From: a virus
Taxonomy: Duplodnaviria; Caudoviricetes
Strand: one strand, 5' to 3'
DNA: 60,473 nt
IMG/VR virus record: IMGVR_UViG_3300043448_000474
Span: 1 to 60,473 of that record
Part shown: positions 57,862-60,473 of the stretch, in pieces
How positions within the stretch are numbered: position 1 is the first letter of the stretch
Layout: each line of letters starts with the position of its first letter
Position numbers and translations under genes: made by a program
The notes under the pieces: generated by a model
Seen by the model: the letters and a program-made list of their open reading frames with translations, nothing else
Database searches by the model: none
Told to the model about the DNA's origin: nothing

Positions 57862-58866
57862 GCACAGATAAGATCCCCTCCACACACCACATTCAAACCC
57901 AAGTCGCAAATAGAGCTTGACGAGATTCGCTGATCCCCCCTTAACATACCCCCACACCCAGTCAGCATGGATAGTGTGGAGGTGACCAGTCACCAAAAGG
58001 ACTCGGCCCTAGCCGAGGCCAGTAGGTATCCCCAACACCAGCCATAAGGCGATCCCCAGGCCATCCGCCAGGGCGCATATCCCCCGCCCCACAGCACAAA
58101 TCACCACTCAGGGGGGAGGGGTCAATTCGGTGCAAATACACATTCGGAGACAGGAGCACCGGGTTAGCCGCTGACTCTAATTGATAAAGCGGGGCGAGAG
58201 TTGAGAAGGGGGGTACCCCATATCCCCATGATGGTTTTGGCCGAACCCCGCTATACCCCCCCCCGCACGCGCGAGACAGTACGCGCACGCGGTATTGGTC
58301 GCGTCGCACGCGTTCTACTTTGAAAAGGGAGGGTTGCGCCATTGGAAGCAACCTATGGCGAGAAACGGAGGGGATCGACAATGGGAGGTGTCGGTTGTTC
58401 TTTCAAATCAAACGGTTCGGCAAGGGGCGAAAGCTCCGGCGGTCAACAGCTTCGGGCTCGGACCTCGGCACCTTGGGGTGTCGGGTAGCCCAAGGGGAAA
58501 GGTTCCCCAAGCGCCGTCGGTTATTCACGCAAAAGACCTTGGGACGGACTAGAGGCTCCGGGCAGCTACACGCCCGTGTTATGCGCGACGATACCGGATC
58601 CACTCCGGGACTCGGACCTGCGCCACCCCTGATCTTCGGTTGTGGATTCGGCGGGGTGGAGTGGCAGCCGACGGCGGGGCGCAGAGAAAAGGCAGGAATC
58701 ATCGGCCTTGGGTTACTGTTCAACCCGAAAGCATCCTTGCCATGCCCCAACACTACCGGGGTTTGGTGGACCAAAACAGCGTGTCAGACGGTACGTCAAC
58801 CCGTTTCACTCCCCGGATCCGTTGGATCCGTTTGCCTTTGGGGCTCCGGTTGGAGCCTCCGAGGTT

Positions 58867-58961
58867 ACCCTAGACGCAAGCGGCGTCCTCGTCGCCTAGG
58901 GTGTCCACCGTGCGGTTTATTCTGTCCCGATTGGGTCAGGCCGTCACGGGCCAACGCTTGC
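58867..58961 (+). ncRNA. HDV-like self-cleaving ribozyme
   Basis: P1 ACCCTAG/CTAGGGT; P2 GCAAGCG/CGCTTGC; P3 GCG/CGC; L3 TCCTCGT; P4 CCGTG..CACGG; J4/2 GCCAA. Confidence 0.85.
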
Positions 58962-58975
58962 AACTCTGTAACACT

Positions 58976-59389
58976 ATGTCCACCTGCACCGCCGTCGCCA
59001 CGCTGCCCTCCACCTCCACCCCGATCCTCGGAGCCAAGGGGCGCACCCTCGGAACCCGGTATTTCATCGGCACCGAGAGCGCCAAGTCCCTGAAGGAGAC
59101 CGGGAAGTCCCTTGGTCTTCGTGGCAATGCCCTGAAGGATTATGTCAACAAGGCCCTGTCCGATGAGTCTGCGGCCCGTGCTGCCACCGTTGCGGCCACC
59201 GTGTCGGCCCTCGCTTCCAAGGGGTTCGTGGCCGACACCGTCGACGTGCGCAAGTCCTCTGCCCAGATCAAGTTTGTGAAGCCCGAGGCCCCGAAGGGTC
59301 CGTCGGACTCCATGCGCACCCTCGCGGAGAAGCTGGTTGCGTCTGGCAAGTTCGCCTCGGTCGATGAGGCCCTCGCGTTCCTCGCCTGA
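58976..59389 (+). CDS. Early hypothetical protein (137 aa) between HDV-like and hammerhead ribozymes
   Basis: ATG 15 nt after the ribozyme end; strongly C/G-biased third positions; Ala/Lys-rich. Confidence 0.75.
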   Translation: MSTCTAVATLPSTSTPILGAKGRTLGTRYFIGTESAKSLKETGKSLGLRGNALKDYVNKALSDESAARAATVAATVSALASKGFVADTVDVRKSSAQIKFVKPEAPKGPSDSMRTLAEKLVASGKFASVDEALAFLA

Positions 59390-59451
59390 TCGCCCGTCCG
59401 CCGCACTGATGAGACCGGAAGGTCGAAACCCCGCAAGGGGTCTGCGGATCA
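59387..59451 (+). ncRNA. Type I hammerhead ribozyme
   Basis: Stem I CCGCA/TGCGG; core CTGATGA; stem II GACC-GGAA-GGTC; GAAA; stem III CCCC-GCAA-GGGG; GTC cleavage triplet. Confidence 0.95.
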
Positions 59452-59501
59452 CGCAACGCCTATGCCCCGAGCGTTCAATCGGGGCTTCTGTGTTTCACTC
59501 C

Positions 59502-59699
59502 ATGACCAAAATTGACCTGTTGTGCCAAGAGCTCTTGAAGTCTGGAAGAATTACCATCGATGAAGCTCTCGGCCTTGGATCGTCGGTTCGTGCCCTTGCG
59601 CTTAACCTTACCGAGGTTGAGGTGCGCCAACGATACGGAACGTGGTCCGTAGATGCGGCAATGGAATGGATGTTGCCGGTGACTCCTCGGGATTCGTAA
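59502..59699 (+). CDS. Small hypothetical protein (65 aa) between hammerhead and twister
   Basis: MTKIDLLCQELLKSGRITIDEALGL..; TCACTCC-ATG leader shared with neighbouring genes. Confidence 0.6.
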   Translation: MTKIDLLCQELLKSGRITIDEALGLGSSVRALALNLTEVEVRQRYGTWSVDAAMEWMLPVTPRDS

Positions 59700-59766
59700 T
59701 TCGCAGAGTGACGGGGCTTCTGGCCCCGGTAATGCGGCACGCTGGTCACAAGCCCAGCGACGTTCC
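59689..59766 (+). ncRNA. Twister ribozyme (type P5 permutation)
   Basis: P2 CGCA/TGCG; GAGTGA; P1 CGGGGC/GCCCCG closed by a loop; TAA; P4 CGCTGG-TCACAAGC-CCAGCG; pseudoknots TCAC/GTGA and GC/GC. Confidence 0.88.
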
Positions 59767-59811
59767 TCGTTCCGTTCCCGTCCGGTTGGCGGGTTTCATT
59801 CGTTCACTACC

Positions 59812-60198
59812 ATGGCAAACTACTACGGAGTTGGCCGCAGCAACTACTTCAAGGTCAAAGACCCTGCGGCATTCATGAAGTTCATCGAGGCGTTCGACTG
59901 CAAAGTTGTCCCCAAGGGCGACACGTTCGCCGTCCTGTCTAACGCCGAAGACGGCAGCTTCATGAGCTACCCGGATGACAGCGATTCACTCTGCATCGTC
60001 GATGGCATTCACGAGCACCTGCAAGAGGGTGAGGTCGCTGTCTTCTTAGAGTGCGGCCACGAGAAGCTGCGCTACGTCGGCGGCAGAGCCATCGCCGTCC
60101 ATAGCAGCGGCAAGCAGACGTGGCTCCACCTCTCCGACATCTACGCCAAGGCCAAGGAAGCCTTCGGCGTCGCTGAAATCACCCTCGCTGAATACTGA
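59812..60198 (+). CDS. Early hypothetical protein
   Basis: MANY..RSNYFKVKD..EKLRYVGG; 128 aa. Confidence 0.75.
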   Translation: MANYYGVGRSNYFKVKDPAAFMKFIEAFDCKVVPKGDTFAVLSNAEDGSFMSYPDDSDSLCIVDGIHEHLQEGEVAVFLECGHEKLRYVGGRAIAVHSSGKQTWLHLSDIYAKAKEAFGVAEITLAEY

Positions 60199-60205
60199 TC
60201 ACTCC

Positions 60206-60473
60206 ATGAACTCCTACGCATCACTCATCACCGCCCTCATGGCCGTCGAGACCGGCGGTCAACGCAACCCCGACATGGCCGTCGGTGACGGTGGCCGCGC
60301 CATCGGTGCCCTTCAGATCCACCGCTCTGTGGTGAAGGACGTGAACCACTTCTACGGCACGTCCTATCGCTGGGAAGGCATGACAAACCGTGCCGATGCC
60401 CGGAGGGTCTGTGACCTCTACCTTGGCCACTACGCCAAGGGCAAGTCGCTCCAAGACGCCGCACGGATATGGA
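60206..60473 (+). CDS. Lysozyme-like protein (i-type/destabilase or transglycosylase-like), 3'-truncated
   Basis: Not in the ORF track; MNSYASLITALMAVETGG..AVGDGGRAIGALQI..DAARIW, with a catalytic-type Glu and G.LQI. Confidence 0.7.
   Translation, partial: MNSYASLITALMAVETGGQRNPDMAVGDGGRAIGALQIHRSVVKDVNHFYGTSYRWEGMTNRADARRVCDLYLGHYAKGKSLQDAARIW

Noticed and set aside
58320-59093. 257-aa ORF and other ORFs across the non-coding/ribozyme region
   Set aside because: Pro/Arg/Gly-rich with no codon bias; better explained by RNA structure and the ORF at 58976
58867-59730. Predicted fragments are 576 and 288 nt (exact 2:1 ratio, both multiples of 3)
   Set aside because: Each ORF has its own stop codon, so rolling-circle translation is not implied; treated as coincidence
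1-60473. Alternative genetic code
   Set aside because: Standard code gives dense, full-length genes; no suppressor tRNA seen

Overview
The whole window is tailed-phage DNA, probably most of a podovirus-like genome of slightly over 60 kb; both ends cut through + strand early-type genes. The host is possibly Verrucomicrobia/Planctomycetes, inferred from the SSB style and the scarcity of Shine-Dalgarno motifs. Layout: (1) 1-4020 (+): GP88-like gene, small genes, tyrosine recombinase, SSB, an RNA cluster (tRNA-CAT plus an enlarged tRNA-like RNA) and an HTH gene. (2) 3908-39866 (-): virion module with portal, scaffold, capsid, holin/u-spanin candidates, adaptor, glycosyltransferase, tail fibres, nozzle, a phosphatase fusion and three ejection-type proteins, one of 3013 aa. 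(3) 39936-57600 (+): terminase, recombination, replication and nucleotide genes (Sak4-like ATPase, RecE-like nuclease, RuvC-like resolvase, initiator, DnaB, MazG-like, RNA ligase, ThyX, Tad2-like). (4) About 1 kb non-coding, then the start of an early operon. Main discovery: three different self-cleaving ribozyme classes (HDV-like, hammerhead, twister) lie in tandem at 58867-59766 and bracket two small ORFs. Also notable: a 159-nt CCA-ended tRNA-like RNA with expanded D and T loops, and an 8-copy promoter/operator palindrome (GGTGTATTACACC). All calls come from manual reading and motif recognition; no searches or folding programs were run.
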